A DNA stretch of 56,722 nucleotides from the sequence record SRR31156797_6672; one strand, 5' to 3'. Shown in pieces: positions 10,671 to 19,503 of this stretch. The position numbers and the translations under genes are program-made. The notes under the pieces were generated by a model. The model had not been told where the DNA came from. It ran no database searches and was given only the letters and a program-made list of their open reading frames with translations. Position 1 is the first letter of the stretch; every line of letters starts with the position of its first letter.

Positions 10671-12436
10671 TATTCCATTTCGCTCCCGTAAGGCTTAATA
10701 TCCTTGATGTTGAGTTGCAAAGAAACATGGCCATTCCACTCGTTTTCCTCCACATGATAGCAAATCGAAAAGGGCTTTCCACTTTGCACAATTGGTAGTT
10801 TATCGCCCTGTTGGAAAGCTATGCCCGAAACCGGGAACCCGGAGATATCAGGGTGCACTACGCTCAATTTCAGATGGTTTTTACCAACAATGCTTGCATA
10901 CCCGGTATCCACAACGTTTTCAGTTAAAAAAATCGGGGCCATGTTTTCGGGACCGAAAGGTGCAAATTGTTTGAGCACCTTGAAGAATTTGGTGGAAATA
11001 TTATTGAGTTTGATCCTGGCGTCTATTGCAATTTCAGGAATAAGCATTTCGTCTTCGATCGTGCTTGCCACAATGCTTTCGAATTTCTCTTTGAACGCAG
11101 GAAAGTTTTCAGGTTTAATCGACATTCCGGCGGCATATTTATGCCCTCCAAAATGTTCAAGCAGGTCGAAACACTGGTCGATCGCATTATAAACATCGAA
11201 ATTCTTTACTGATCTTGCTGAACCGGTAACTAGCCCGTTTGATTTGGTAAGTATTACTGTTGGCCGGTAATATTGTTCTGTTAGCCTGGAGGCTACAATA
11301 CCCAGCACACCTTTGTGCCAGTCGGGGTTGTAAACAATGGTGGATTTTTTAAATGGGTGGGTTTTATCATTTTCAAGAATCTCCTGTGCCTGTTGGGTAA
11401 CCTGCATATCAAGATTCCGTCGCTCGGTATTAAACTGATTGATTTGCTCCGCCTTAGTTATGGCACTTTCAATGTTTTTAGATATGAGCAATTCCACCGA
11501 ATTTTTCCCGCTCTCCATTCTCCCGGCCGCATTAATTCTCGGGCCGATCAGGAAAACAAGATCGCTGATGGAGAGCTTACGGTTAAAGGCATATTCCTCC
11601 TCAACATATTGAAAATCCGATTTCTTTTTGATATTACTATAATGCAATATAGCCGTAAATCCCGGCCGTGGGTTTGAATTCAACAACTTCAACCCAAAAT
11701 ATGCCAGAATTCGGTTCTCTCCGGTAATCGGCACAATATCTGAGGCAATACTCACAACCACCAGATCGAGAAACTTCTGCAACCGCTTGAAAGGCATATG
11801 GTTTTTCCTGGAAAAAGCCTGAACAAGCTTAAAGCCCAGGCCACAACCTGATAGTTCCTTGTAAGGATAATTGCAATCGGGCCTTTTGGGATCGAGAATC
11901 GCAAATGCTGGAGGAAGTTCATCACCAGGCCTGTGGTGGTCTACGATGATAAAGTCAATGCGTTTGCTTTGTGCATAGGAAATATTCTCGATGGCTTTAA
12001 TACCACAGTCGAGCGCAATGATAAGGGTATAATTGTTTTCTCTTGCAAAATCAACACCCGCTTTCGAAACACCATAACCCTCGCTATACCTGTCCGGAAT
12101 ATAAAAACCCACGTCTTTGTAAATCGATTTTAAAAACGTGTAAACCAGTGCCACCGCTGTGGTACCATCTACATCATAATCACCCCAAACAAGAATCTTT
12201 TCCCTGTTGCGGAGTGCCCGCTCAATCCGATATACCGCACGATCCATATCCCTCATCTGGAATGGATCATGTAATTGGGTTAATTTTGGGCGAAAAAATG
12301 CGCGTGCATCATCAAAACTTTTTACACCACGCTGGGCTAATAAACTGGCCAATAGGGTGCTGATGTTTAATGAGCGTGAAAGGCTCATCACCAAATCATT
12401 ATCCGGTTTTTCTTTTAACACCCAGCGTTTCTGCAT
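10667..12436 (-). CDS. recJ: Single-stranded-DNA-specific exonuclease RecJ
   Basis: GDYDVDGTT, EGYG, LDCGI, IVDHH, PRINAAGRM, GSARS, FGGHKYAAG, PFGPEN. Likely start at MQKRW (12436) rather than 12517. Confidence 0.97.
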   Translation of the reverse strand: MQKRWVLKEKPDNDLVMSLSRSLNISTLLASLLAQRGVKSFDDARAFFRPKLTQLHDPFQMRDMDRAVYRIERALRNREKILVWGDYDVDGTTAVALVYTFLKSIYKDVGFYIPDRYSEGYGVSKAGVDFARENNYTLIIALDCGIKAIENISYAQSKRIDFIIVDHHRPGDELPPAFAILDPKRPDCNYPYKELSGCGLGFKLVQAFSRKNHMPFKRLQKFLDLVVVSIASDIVPITGENRILAYFGLKLLNSNPRPGFTAILHYSNIKKKSDFQYVEEEYAFNRKLSISDLVFLIGPRINAAGRMESGKNSVELLISKNIESAITKAEQINQFNTERRNLDMQVTQQAQEILENDKTHPFKKSTIVYNPDWHKGVLGIVASRLTEQYYRPTVILTKSNGLVTGSARSVKNFDVYNAIDQCFDLLEHFGGHKYAAGMSIKPENFPAFKEKFESIVASTIEDEMLIPEIAIDARIKLNNISTKFFKVLKQFAPFGPENMAPIFLTENVVDTGYASIVGKNHLKLSVVHPDISGFPVSGIAFQQGDKLPIVQSGKPFSICYHVEENEWNGHVSLQLNIKDIKPYGSEMEY

Positions 12437-12565
12437 ATAAAATTTTTTTGTAAAGATAAAAATAATAGATGATGTAATGGAGTGAACCATGTTATTTATA
12501 TTTGCTTTTTGGCTCAAATTACTGATAAGGCTGGCCCCAGGGAAAATAAAAAATTTACCAGGCTG

Positions 12566-12796
12566 ATGATTACGATTAAATGTTCAAAATGCAGGCGAAA
12601 GCTTTATAAATATCACAAAGTGGGAAAGGGTAAAGTGATACATTGCTGGGATGCCAAAATTATTAAAGATTATACTTTCATAAAGGATGCCGCGGTATTT
12701 TGCAGTTGTGGAAATATAATTGGTAACAGGGTCCCTAAGGGCATCCGGATGAAACAAAGTGCCATCACCTCGTCAGGTACTGTTTTCAGTAAATGA
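12566..12796 (+). CDS. Small basic Zn-ribbon-like hypothetical protein (~76 aa)
   Basis: MITIKCSKCRRKLYKYHKVGKG...HC...FCSCGNIIG gives a CxxC plus CxC knuckle pair; TATATTTG -7 motif at 12497-12504; fills the gap between recJ and the permease. Confidence 0.65.
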   Translation: MITIKCSKCRRKLYKYHKVGKGKVIHCWDAKIIKDYTFIKDAAVFCSCGNIIGNRVPKGIRMKQSAITSSGTVFSK

Positions 12797-12811
12797 TAGA
12801 AAAATGGATTG

Positions 12812-14059
12812 TTAAATCCCATACCTGATGGCCTCTACCGGATCGAGCCTTGAGGCAACCCAGGCTGGTATAAACCCAGAGACCAGTCCAATTATGGTTG
12901 AAATCCCAATCCCGACAAGGATGTTTTCCTGCGACAGGATCAGTGGGAAAGGAAGGGCTCCACTGAACATCAACGTTCCCAAATAAATCAGTAACAAACC
13001 AACAATACCACCAAGCAGCGACAGGAATACGGCTTCGAACAAAAACTCCAGGAGGATAAAATATTTTTTTGCGCCAATGGCTTTTTGAATTCCAATGATG
13101 TTGGTTCTTTCACGCACCGATACAAACATGATGTTGGCGATACCAAACCCACCTACGAGCAATGAAAAGGCTCCAATTATCCATCCAATGGCGGCCAATC
13201 CACTAAAAAATGATTGTAAATTCTGGTTGATCACACTCACCTCATTGATGGCAAAATTATTTTCTTCGCCAGGTTTTAGTTTTCGCAGCGATCGCATGAT
13301 TCCGGTAATTTCATCTTTTAGCTGTTGAATAGATATTTCCGAACGCCCCTTAACCATCATGGTTGTTCCGGTATTTCGAACATTGATGAAGTTCCTGGCG
13401 AAATTCACGGGCAGATACACCTGTTCATCCGTGGAATTCCCAAAAGTGCCATCACCCTGAGATACCAGGACCCCTATCACGACAATCTTACTGCCAAAAA
13501 TTTTAATGCTTTGTCCAATGGGAGAGCTGTTGGAAAATAAATTTTCTGCAATCTCAGAACCTATGATTCCAACATTTCGCCCTGCCAGCGATTCAGTCCG
13601 GGTAAAGTATCTGCCCTCCCTGATGTTGAGTGGCATCACCTGGTCGTAATCATAGGAGACGGCAACAATGTTTACATTGTCAAAGCTGCTGTTAAGATGC
13701 TTCACAGTTCGGTTGGTGCCAAAGGTAAAAGTAACGGCCTCTGCAGACATTGCCCGTTTTTGTAGTTCTTCCATTTCTTCAAGGGTGGCTTCGGGCCTGT
13801 TGAGGTACTTCCACCAGGGGTACTCTCCACCCATGCCACCCCACGGCCATTTTTGGATAAAAATCACATTGCTGCCGAGATCACTTAAACTGTCGCGAAT
13901 GCTTTTCTCCAGCGAATCAAAAACTGATAACACGGAAATTACCGAAAAGATCCCGATCGTAATTCCTGAAAGCGACAAAACTGTACGAAGCTTATTTGCC
14001 ATGATCGCTTGGAATGCAAACAAGTAACTCTCGCGTATGAGTTTTATCAATAGAAACAT
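12812..14059 (-). CDS. MacB/FtsX-like ABC transporter permease
   Basis: NKLRTVLSLSGITIG, periplasmic domain with GRYF, VGGFGIANIMFVSVRERT, LDPVEAIRY. Confidence 0.93.
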   Translation of the reverse strand: MFLLIKLIRESYLFAFQAIMANKLRTVLSLSGITIGIFSVISVLSVFDSLEKSIRDSLSDLGSNVIFIQKWPWGGMGGEYPWWKYLNRPEATLEEMEELQKRAMSAEAVTFTFGTNRTVKHLNSSFDNVNIVAVSYDYDQVMPLNIREGRYFTRTESLAGRNVGIIGSEIAENLFSNSSPIGQSIKIFGSKIVVIGVLVSQGDGTFGNSTDEQVYLPVNFARNFINVRNTGTTMMVKGRSEISIQQLKDEITGIMRSLRKLKPGEENNFAINEVSVINQNLQSFFSGLAAIGWIIGAFSLLVGGFGIANIMFVSVRERTNIIGIQKAIGAKKYFILLEFLFEAVFLSLLGGIVGLLLIYLGTLMFSGALPFPLILSQENILVGIGISTIIGLVSGFIPAWVASRLDPVEAIRYGI

Positions 14060-14208
14060 AAATTCAACTTTTGGAAAGAATAATTTGGTAAAAGTAAGGC
14101 ATTAACACGAATAATCCATCATGAATTCTATTTGAAAGAAATTGGTAAAATGTTAAAAATAATTCTCGTTCATAACGAACAAATAAATAAACTCTGATAT
14201 TTTTTCCA

Positions 14209-14216
14209 TAATTTTG
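14209..14216 (+). promoter_or_regulatory. Bacteroidota -7 promoter element (TAATTTTG) upstream of purH-mreBCD
   Basis: Exact TAnnTTTG match 48 nt before the purH ATG. Confidence 0.55.
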
Positions 14217-14264
14217 TGCCCACTCAGATAAATGATTTAGAATAAATTACATAGATCACCAAAA

Positions 14265-15791
14265 ATGGATGGCAGTAAAAAGATAAACGCAGTTCTCATC
14301 TCGGTTTTTAATAAATCGGGCCTTGCGCCTTTGGTTGACGAATTTAAATCCCAGGGGGTTAAAATTTATTCAACCGGTGGAACTTATAATTATATACGAG
14401 ATCTGGGTGCTGAGCCGATTACGATAGAAAGCATTACCGGTTACCCTTCTATTTTAGGGGGCCGTGTTAAAACGCTCCATCCAAAGGTTTTTGGTGGAAT
14501 ACTTGGGCGTCGTGAATTGACTGAAGACAAGGAACAAATGCAGGAATATGAAATCCCTGCATTTGATATGATAATCGTTGATCTGTATCCGTTCGAACAA
14601 ACTGTAGCCCAAACGGATGACGAAAGTGAAATTATCGAAAAGATCGATATTGGTGGCATCAGCCTTATTCGGGCGGCGGCTAAAAATCATCATGATGTGC
14701 TAATTGTTCCTTCGAGTGATTATTACGATGAAGCCCACAAAATTCTGCAAACCGGCAAGGGTGTTTCTACCCTGGAAGAGCGGCGATATTTTGCTGCACG
14801 TGCTTTTGAAGTTTCCTCGCACTACGATGTGGCCATTTTTAATTACTTTAACCGCATTGAAAAGCTTGATGCGTTTAAGCAAAGTGTGTCGGATCATAAG
14901 AAGCTTCGCTATGGCGAAAACCCTCATCAGGAAGGGTACTTTTTTGGAAAACTCAATGAGAATTTTGAGCAAATACACGGCAAGGAAATTTCATACAACA
15001 ACCTCCTGGATCTGGATGCGGGCGTGAATTTGATTCGTGAATTCAAAGAGCCGACCGTGGCCATCCTCAAGCACAATAATGCCTGTGGACTTGCCTCAAG
15101 GCCTGATCTGGTTACTTGCTGGAAGGATGCACTCGCCGGAGATCCCATTTCTGCTTTTGGTGGTGTTATCGTTACCAATGTGCAAATCGATCCGGTGACA
15201 GCCGAAGAAATAAACAAGCTGTTTTTTGAGATTATCCTTGCACCCTCTTATGATGTAAACGCACTTGAAATTTTAAAATCCAAAAAGAACAGGATCATTC
15301 TGATAGATAATCAACCCACATTAAGCAATAAGTTGTTCAGAAGTGCGCTGAATGGTATTTTGGTGCAACAACGGGACCTGAAAACTGAAACCGCCGATCA
15401 TCTCGATTTCGTAACCAATCGAGCCGGCTCGGAGGCTGAAATTTCAGATTTGGTTTTTGCCAACAAAATTGTTAAACACACTAAATCGAACACCATTGTT
15501 TTGGCAAAAAACAAGCAACTGGTGGCCAGTGGTGTTGGGCAGACGTCCCGGGTGGATGCACTGAAACAAGCCATCGAAAAGGCCAAAACATTTGGTTTTG
15601 AACTTGAAGGATCGGTTATGGCTTCGGATGCGTTTTTTCCGTTCGCCGACTCGGTTGAAATAGCACATAAAGCCGGCATAAAAGCTGTGGTTCAACCCGG
15701 TGGCTCTATCAGAGATAAAGATTCTATCGACTATTGCAACAACAATGATGTTGCGATGGCGTTTACCGGAACCAGACATTTTAAACATTAA
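14265..15791 (+). CDS. purH: Bifunctional AICAR transformylase / IMP cyclohydrolase
   Basis: STGGT, GGRVKTLHP, IDIGGISLIRAAAKN, LRYGENPHQ, KHNNACG, ASDAFFPF, QPGGSIRD, RHFKH. Confidence 0.98.
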   Translation: MDGSKKINAVLISVFNKSGLAPLVDEFKSQGVKIYSTGGTYNYIRDLGAEPITIESITGYPSILGGRVKTLHPKVFGGILGRRELTEDKEQMQEYEIPAFDMIIVDLYPFEQTVAQTDDESEIIEKIDIGGISLIRAAAKNHHDVLIVPSSDYYDEAHKILQTGKGVSTLEERRYFAARAFEVSSHYDVAIFNYFNRIEKLDAFKQSVSDHKKLRYGENPHQEGYFFGKLNENFEQIHGKEISYNNLLDLDAGVNLIREFKEPTVAILKHNNACGLASRPDLVTCWKDALAGDPISAFGGVIVTNVQIDPVTAEEINKLFFEIILAPSYDVNALEILKSKKNRIILIDNQPTLSNKLFRSALNGILVQQRDLKTETADHLDFVTNRAGSEAEISDLVFANKIVKHTKSNTIVLAKNKQLVASGVGQTSRVDALKQAIEKAKTFGFELEGSVMASDAFFPFADSVEIAHKAGIKAVVQPGGSIRDKDSIDYCNNNDVAMAFTGTRHFKH

Positions 15792-15910
15792 AAAAGTAAC
15801 GCATCCTCAGGGCATCTCAATCGTTTGGTCGCCCTGAATTTTGTTGAATTTAATTTTATTCAGAACCGTTTAGTCAGGGGTTTTTTCCTGGCTTTCAGAT
15901 AAAAAACAAC

Positions 15911-16933
15911 ATGGGATTATTTTCATTTTTTACAAGGGAAATTGCGATTGACCTTGGTACAGCAAACACCATTATCATATACAACGATAAAGTTGTGGTT
16001 GATGAGCCATCCATAGTAGCTATGGAGCGTAGCACAGGGCAGATCATTGCTGTGGGAAAGCGAGCACAGATGATGCATGGCAAAACCCACGAAAACATAA
16101 AAACCATCAGGCCTTTGCGTGATGGTGTAATTGCCGATTTTCAGGCTGCGGAATATATGATCCGCGAAATGATAAAAATGATCGGGATACGTCAGAGCCT
16201 GTTTCCGCCGGCTTTGAAAATGGTTATTTGTATTCCTTCGGGAATTACTGAGGTTGAGGAACGGGCAGTAAAAGATTCTGCTGAGCAGGCCGGAGCCCGT
16301 GAAGTAAGGCTGATCCACGAACCCATGGCCGCGGCAATCGGTATCGGGATTGACGTGCTTGAGCCAACCGGGAATATGATCATTGATATTGGTGGTGGTA
16401 CCAGCGAAATTGCTGTAATTGCCCTTGGCGGAATTGTGAACAACAAATCCATCCGGATAGCCGGTGACGATTTCAATGCCGACATCGAAGAATACATGCG
16501 TAAACAGCACAACATCAACATTGGCGAACGAACTTCTGAAAGAATCAAAATTGAAGTTGGTGCCGCTTTACCTGAACTCGACAACCCACCCGATGATTTT
16601 GCAGTACATGGCCGTGATATGCTCACCGGTATCCCAAAAGAAATTACCGTAAATTATGCTGAGGTAGCGCATTGCCTTGATAAATCCATCTCTAAAATAG
16701 AAACTGCCGTGTTGCAGGCACTTGAAATGACTCCCCCTGAGCTCTCGGCTGACATTTTCAGAACAGGTATTTACCTGGCTGGCGGTGGGTCGATGCTTCG
16801 CGGACTCGATAAACGCCTGCACCTGAAAACCAAACTTCCCATACATGTGGCAGAAGACCCATTAAGAGCGGTAGCCCGTGGAACAGGGATTGCACTGAAA
16901 AACTTCGATAAATTTACTTTCCTTATCAAATAG
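15911..16933 (+). CDS. mreB: Rod shape-determining actin-like ATPase MreB
   Basis: IAIDLGTANT, RPLRDGVIADF, EPMAAAIG, DIGGGTSE, AGGGSML. Confidence 0.98.
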   Translation: MGLFSFFTREIAIDLGTANTIIIYNDKVVVDEPSIVAMERSTGQIIAVGKRAQMMHGKTHENIKTIRPLRDGVIADFQAAEYMIREMIKMIGIRQSLFPPALKMVICIPSGITEVEERAVKDSAEQAGAREVRLIHEPMAAAIGIGIDVLEPTGNMIIDIGGGTSEIAVIALGGIVNNKSIRIAGDDFNADIEEYMRKQHNINIGERTSERIKIEVGAALPELDNPPDDFAVHGRDMLTGIPKEITVNYAEVAHCLDKSISKIETAVLQALEMTPPELSADIFRTGIYLAGGGSMLRGLDKRLHLKTKLPIHVAEDPLRAVARGTGIALKNFDKFTFLIK

Positions 16934-16963
16934 AACCTGCCAGGATAACCAGGATTAAACCAC

Positions 16964-17794
16964 ATGCGGAATCTTATCGCTTTTTTATGGAAAAACTATT
17001 TCTTTTTCCTTTTTCTAATCCTGGAAACCCTGGCGCTGTTTATCCTGATCAATACGAATTATTACCAGCGACGCGTAGTATTCAATACCACTTATGATAT
17101 TACCGGCAAAATGTTACAGGTTCAGGATGATGTTACTTCCTACTTTAATCTAAAAGAAGCGAACATCATCCTGGCAGAAGAAAATGCCTTGTTAAGAAAT
17201 CAGCATCCACAACCTCAGGTTATTTCTGACACCAATCACTTTATTAAAACTGATTCTGTTGAGATTCGACAGTTTCGGTACATTCCGGCCAAAGTAATTT
17301 CCAGTTCCACAAACAGGCGTAATAATTTCATTAAGCTCAATAAAGGTAAAGCCCATGGTATTAAACCTGACATGGCTGTTGTTGCACCCAATGGAGTTGT
17401 AGGTCAGGTGGTTGAAGTATCAGAAAATTTCAGTTCGGTAATGTCCATATTAAACAGCCAAACCAGGATCAGCGCAAAGCTGAAAGCATCCAATCAGGTA
17501 GGCTCGTTATACTGGGATGGCAGGGATTACCGGATGGGAAAACTGGTCGACATTCCGTCTCATGTTCAATTTGCCGTTGGTGATACCGTGATAACAAGCG
17601 GATATTCACATATTTATCCTGAGGGTATTATAGTCGGGATTGTTCAGGATTTTAAAATTGAACCCGGCGACAATTTTTTTGAGATCGATGTGCATTTTGT
17701 GGTGGACTATAATAACATCCATTATGTATATGCCATCGAAAATATTTTCCGGGAAGAATTAATGGATTTGGAAAACAAGAAAGAGCAACAATAA
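16964..17794 (+). CDS. mreC: Rod shape-determining protein MreC
   Basis: N-terminal TM, coiled coil (LAEENALLR), LNKG..GIKPDMAV, GVVGQV, GDTVITSG; follows mreB. Confidence 0.95.
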   Translation: MRNLIAFLWKNYFFFLFLILETLALFILINTNYYQRRVVFNTTYDITGKMLQVQDDVTSYFNLKEANIILAEENALLRNQHPQPQVISDTNHFIKTDSVEIRQFRYIPAKVISSSTNRRNNFIKLNKGKAHGIKPDMAVVAPNGVVGQVVEVSENFSSVMSILNSQTRISAKLKASNQVGSLYWDGRDYRMGKLVDIPSHVQFAVGDTVITSGYSHIYPEGIIVGIVQDFKIEPGDNFFEIDVHFVVDYNNIHYVYAIENIFREELMDLENKKEQQ

Positions 17795-17797
17795 AAC

Positions 17798-18304
17798 ATG
17801 ATTGGAAAAAACATCATACGGTTCATTATCATCTTGTTTTTACAGGTCATGATATTCAATCACATTCATATATCCGGATATGTTTATCCTGCATTTTACG
17901 TTTATTTTATTATGTTACTTCCATTTGAAACTGCCGGGTGGCTGTTACTGATTTCGGCATTTTTGATGGGAATAAGTGTTGATTTCTTTTCGAACAGCCC
18001 TGGGCTCAATGCAGCTGCATCTGTATTCACCGCCTTTATCAGGCCCGGGTTGATCCGGCTTTTAAAATCAAAAAAGGAATACGAGCCTGGAATTGTTCCC
18101 GGAATTGCTCACCTTGGGTTCAGGTGGTTTTTCTTTTATTCAGTGGTTCTTATTTTTCTGCATCACGGTGTATTGTTTTTCCTTGAGGTGTTCAGCCTGA
18201 ACGATCCGGTGCAAACGATCCACCGTATTGTTGCCAGTTCTCTGGCAACAATTATATTGGTACTTTTTGCACAGTTTTTCTTTTACAGACAAGATAAAAA
18301 ATAG
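17798..18304 (+). CDS. mreD: Rod shape-determining protein MreD
   Basis: 168-aa hydrophobic protein with YVYFIMLLPF and GISVDFFSNSPGLNAAAS; follows mreC. Confidence 0.9.
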   Translation: MIGKNIIRFIIILFLQVMIFNHIHISGYVYPAFYVYFIMLLPFETAGWLLLISAFLMGISVDFFSNSPGLNAAASVFTAFIRPGLIRLLKSKKEYEPGIVPGIAHLGFRWFFFYSVVLIFLHHGVLFFLEVFSLNDPVQTIHRIVASSLATIILVLFAQFFFYRQDKK

Positions 18305-18349
18305 CCATACGTTATTTGACTTCAATCATTTAAACAATAATACTCTTTT

Positions 18350-19435
18350 ATGAAAAATTTAATCTGGTTTTTTGGTCTTTTAATAATTACCGTAGCCTGT
18401 TCCGGGCCGGCCAACGAATATCGTATCAATGGAAAAATTGATGGGGTCACACCTGGCTGGATAGTACTATCGAAGGTAGTTGACAATGATTTAGTAGCAA
18501 TAGATTCTGTTGATTCAGAGGACGGATCACTCTCTTTTACCGGAACCATCGACTTGCCGGAAGCTTATTTTCTGGAGTTTAAAACCGATCAGAAGTATGT
18601 CCGGTTTTTTGTGGAACCCGGCGATATAAAAGTGAGTGGGACTGTTGATGATCCACAATTTGAAGGAGGCGAGATGCAAAAAATTTACAAGAGTTTTGGT
18701 GAAGGAACCGCCAATCTTGACGATCAGCGCAATGCACTTTATGAGGACTTTAAAGCTGCAGCAGACGCAAATGACACTGCACTCGTTGAACAAATCAGGG
18801 AAGAAGCTATGAAAATAGATGAAAACCAGCATGTTTTCACCCTGGATTTTATCAAATCAAACAACGATAATGTGGTTGGCCCGTACATAGCTGTGAATAA
18901 TATGTACCAGTTTGAGTTGGATGAATTAAAGGATATGCGTGAGGCCTTCCTTCCTGTAATTTCCAACTCGAAATATGTGGAGATGATTGATGAGCAAATC
19001 CAAAAAATGGAAAGCGTTGCCATTGGCCAAAAGGCTCCTGTCTTCACCCAGAATGATACGGTTGGAAATTCTGTATCATTGGATCAGTTCAGGGGAAAAT
19101 ACCTCCTGATCGACTTTTGGGCTTCATGGTGTTCTCCATGCCGACAAGAAAATCCAAACGTGGTTGCGGCATATCAAAAATTTAACGCAAAAGGTTTTGA
19201 AATACTTGGTGTTTCGCTGGACCAACATAAAGGCCGCTGGCTGGATGCCATAGCAGCAGATGATCTGACATGGACCCATGTTTCGGATTTAAAAGGCTGG
19301 CAAAACGAAGCTTCAAACCAGTATGGTGTTAGCTCGATTCCGGCAAACTTCCTCCTTGATCCAGAAGGTGTAATTATTGCAAAGGATTTGCGGGAAGAAG
19401 AATTGCATGAAAAGTTAAGTGAGATTTTTAACTAA
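18350..19435 (+). CDS. TlpA/ResA-like thiol-disulfide oxidoreductase lipoprotein (DUF4369 plus AhpC/TSA domain)
   Basis: Lipobox VAC, IDFWASWCSPCRQENP, GVSLD, IPANFLLDPEG. Confidence 0.93.
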   Translation: MKNLIWFFGLLIITVACSGPANEYRINGKIDGVTPGWIVLSKVVDNDLVAIDSVDSEDGSLSFTGTIDLPEAYFLEFKTDQKYVRFFVEPGDIKVSGTVDDPQFEGGEMQKIYKSFGEGTANLDDQRNALYEDFKAAADANDTALVEQIREEAMKIDENQHVFTLDFIKSNNDNVVGPYIAVNNMYQFELDELKDMREAFLPVISNSKYVEMIDEQIQKMESVAIGQKAPVFTQNDTVGNSVSLDQFRGKYLLIDFWASWCSPCRQENPNVVAAYQKFNAKGFEILGVSLDQHKGRWLDAIAADDLTWTHVSDLKGWQNEASNQYGVSSIPANFLLDPEGVIIAKDLREEELHEKLSEIFN

Positions 19436-19452
19436 TATTGAGTTGAAGGAAT

Positions 19453-19489
19453 AAAAAAACGGCGCTGAATGTCAGCGCCGTTTTTTTTT
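19453..19489. terminator. Bidirectional intrinsic terminator between the TlpA gene and the giant T9SS protein gene
   Basis: AAAAAAACGGCGCTGA-ATG-TCAGCGCCGTTTTTTTTT: perfect 16-bp stem with T tracts on both strands, between convergent genes. Confidence 0.92.
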
Positions 19490-19503
19490 GTGAAATCCTG
19501 TGC

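Noticed and set aside
12812-14059. ABC permease with no neighbouring ATPase
   Set aside because: Stand-alone MacB-like permeases are common in Bacteroidota.
15807-15843. TCAGGGC...GCCCTGA hairpin between purH and mreB
   Set aside because: 17-nt loop and interrupted U tract; too weak to call a terminator.
18350-19435. TlpA as a dedicated disulfide catalyst for the adjacent Cys-rich giant protein
   Set aside because: Convergent orientation with a terminator between them, and TlpA paralogues are abundant in Bacteroidota; adjacency alone is insufficient.
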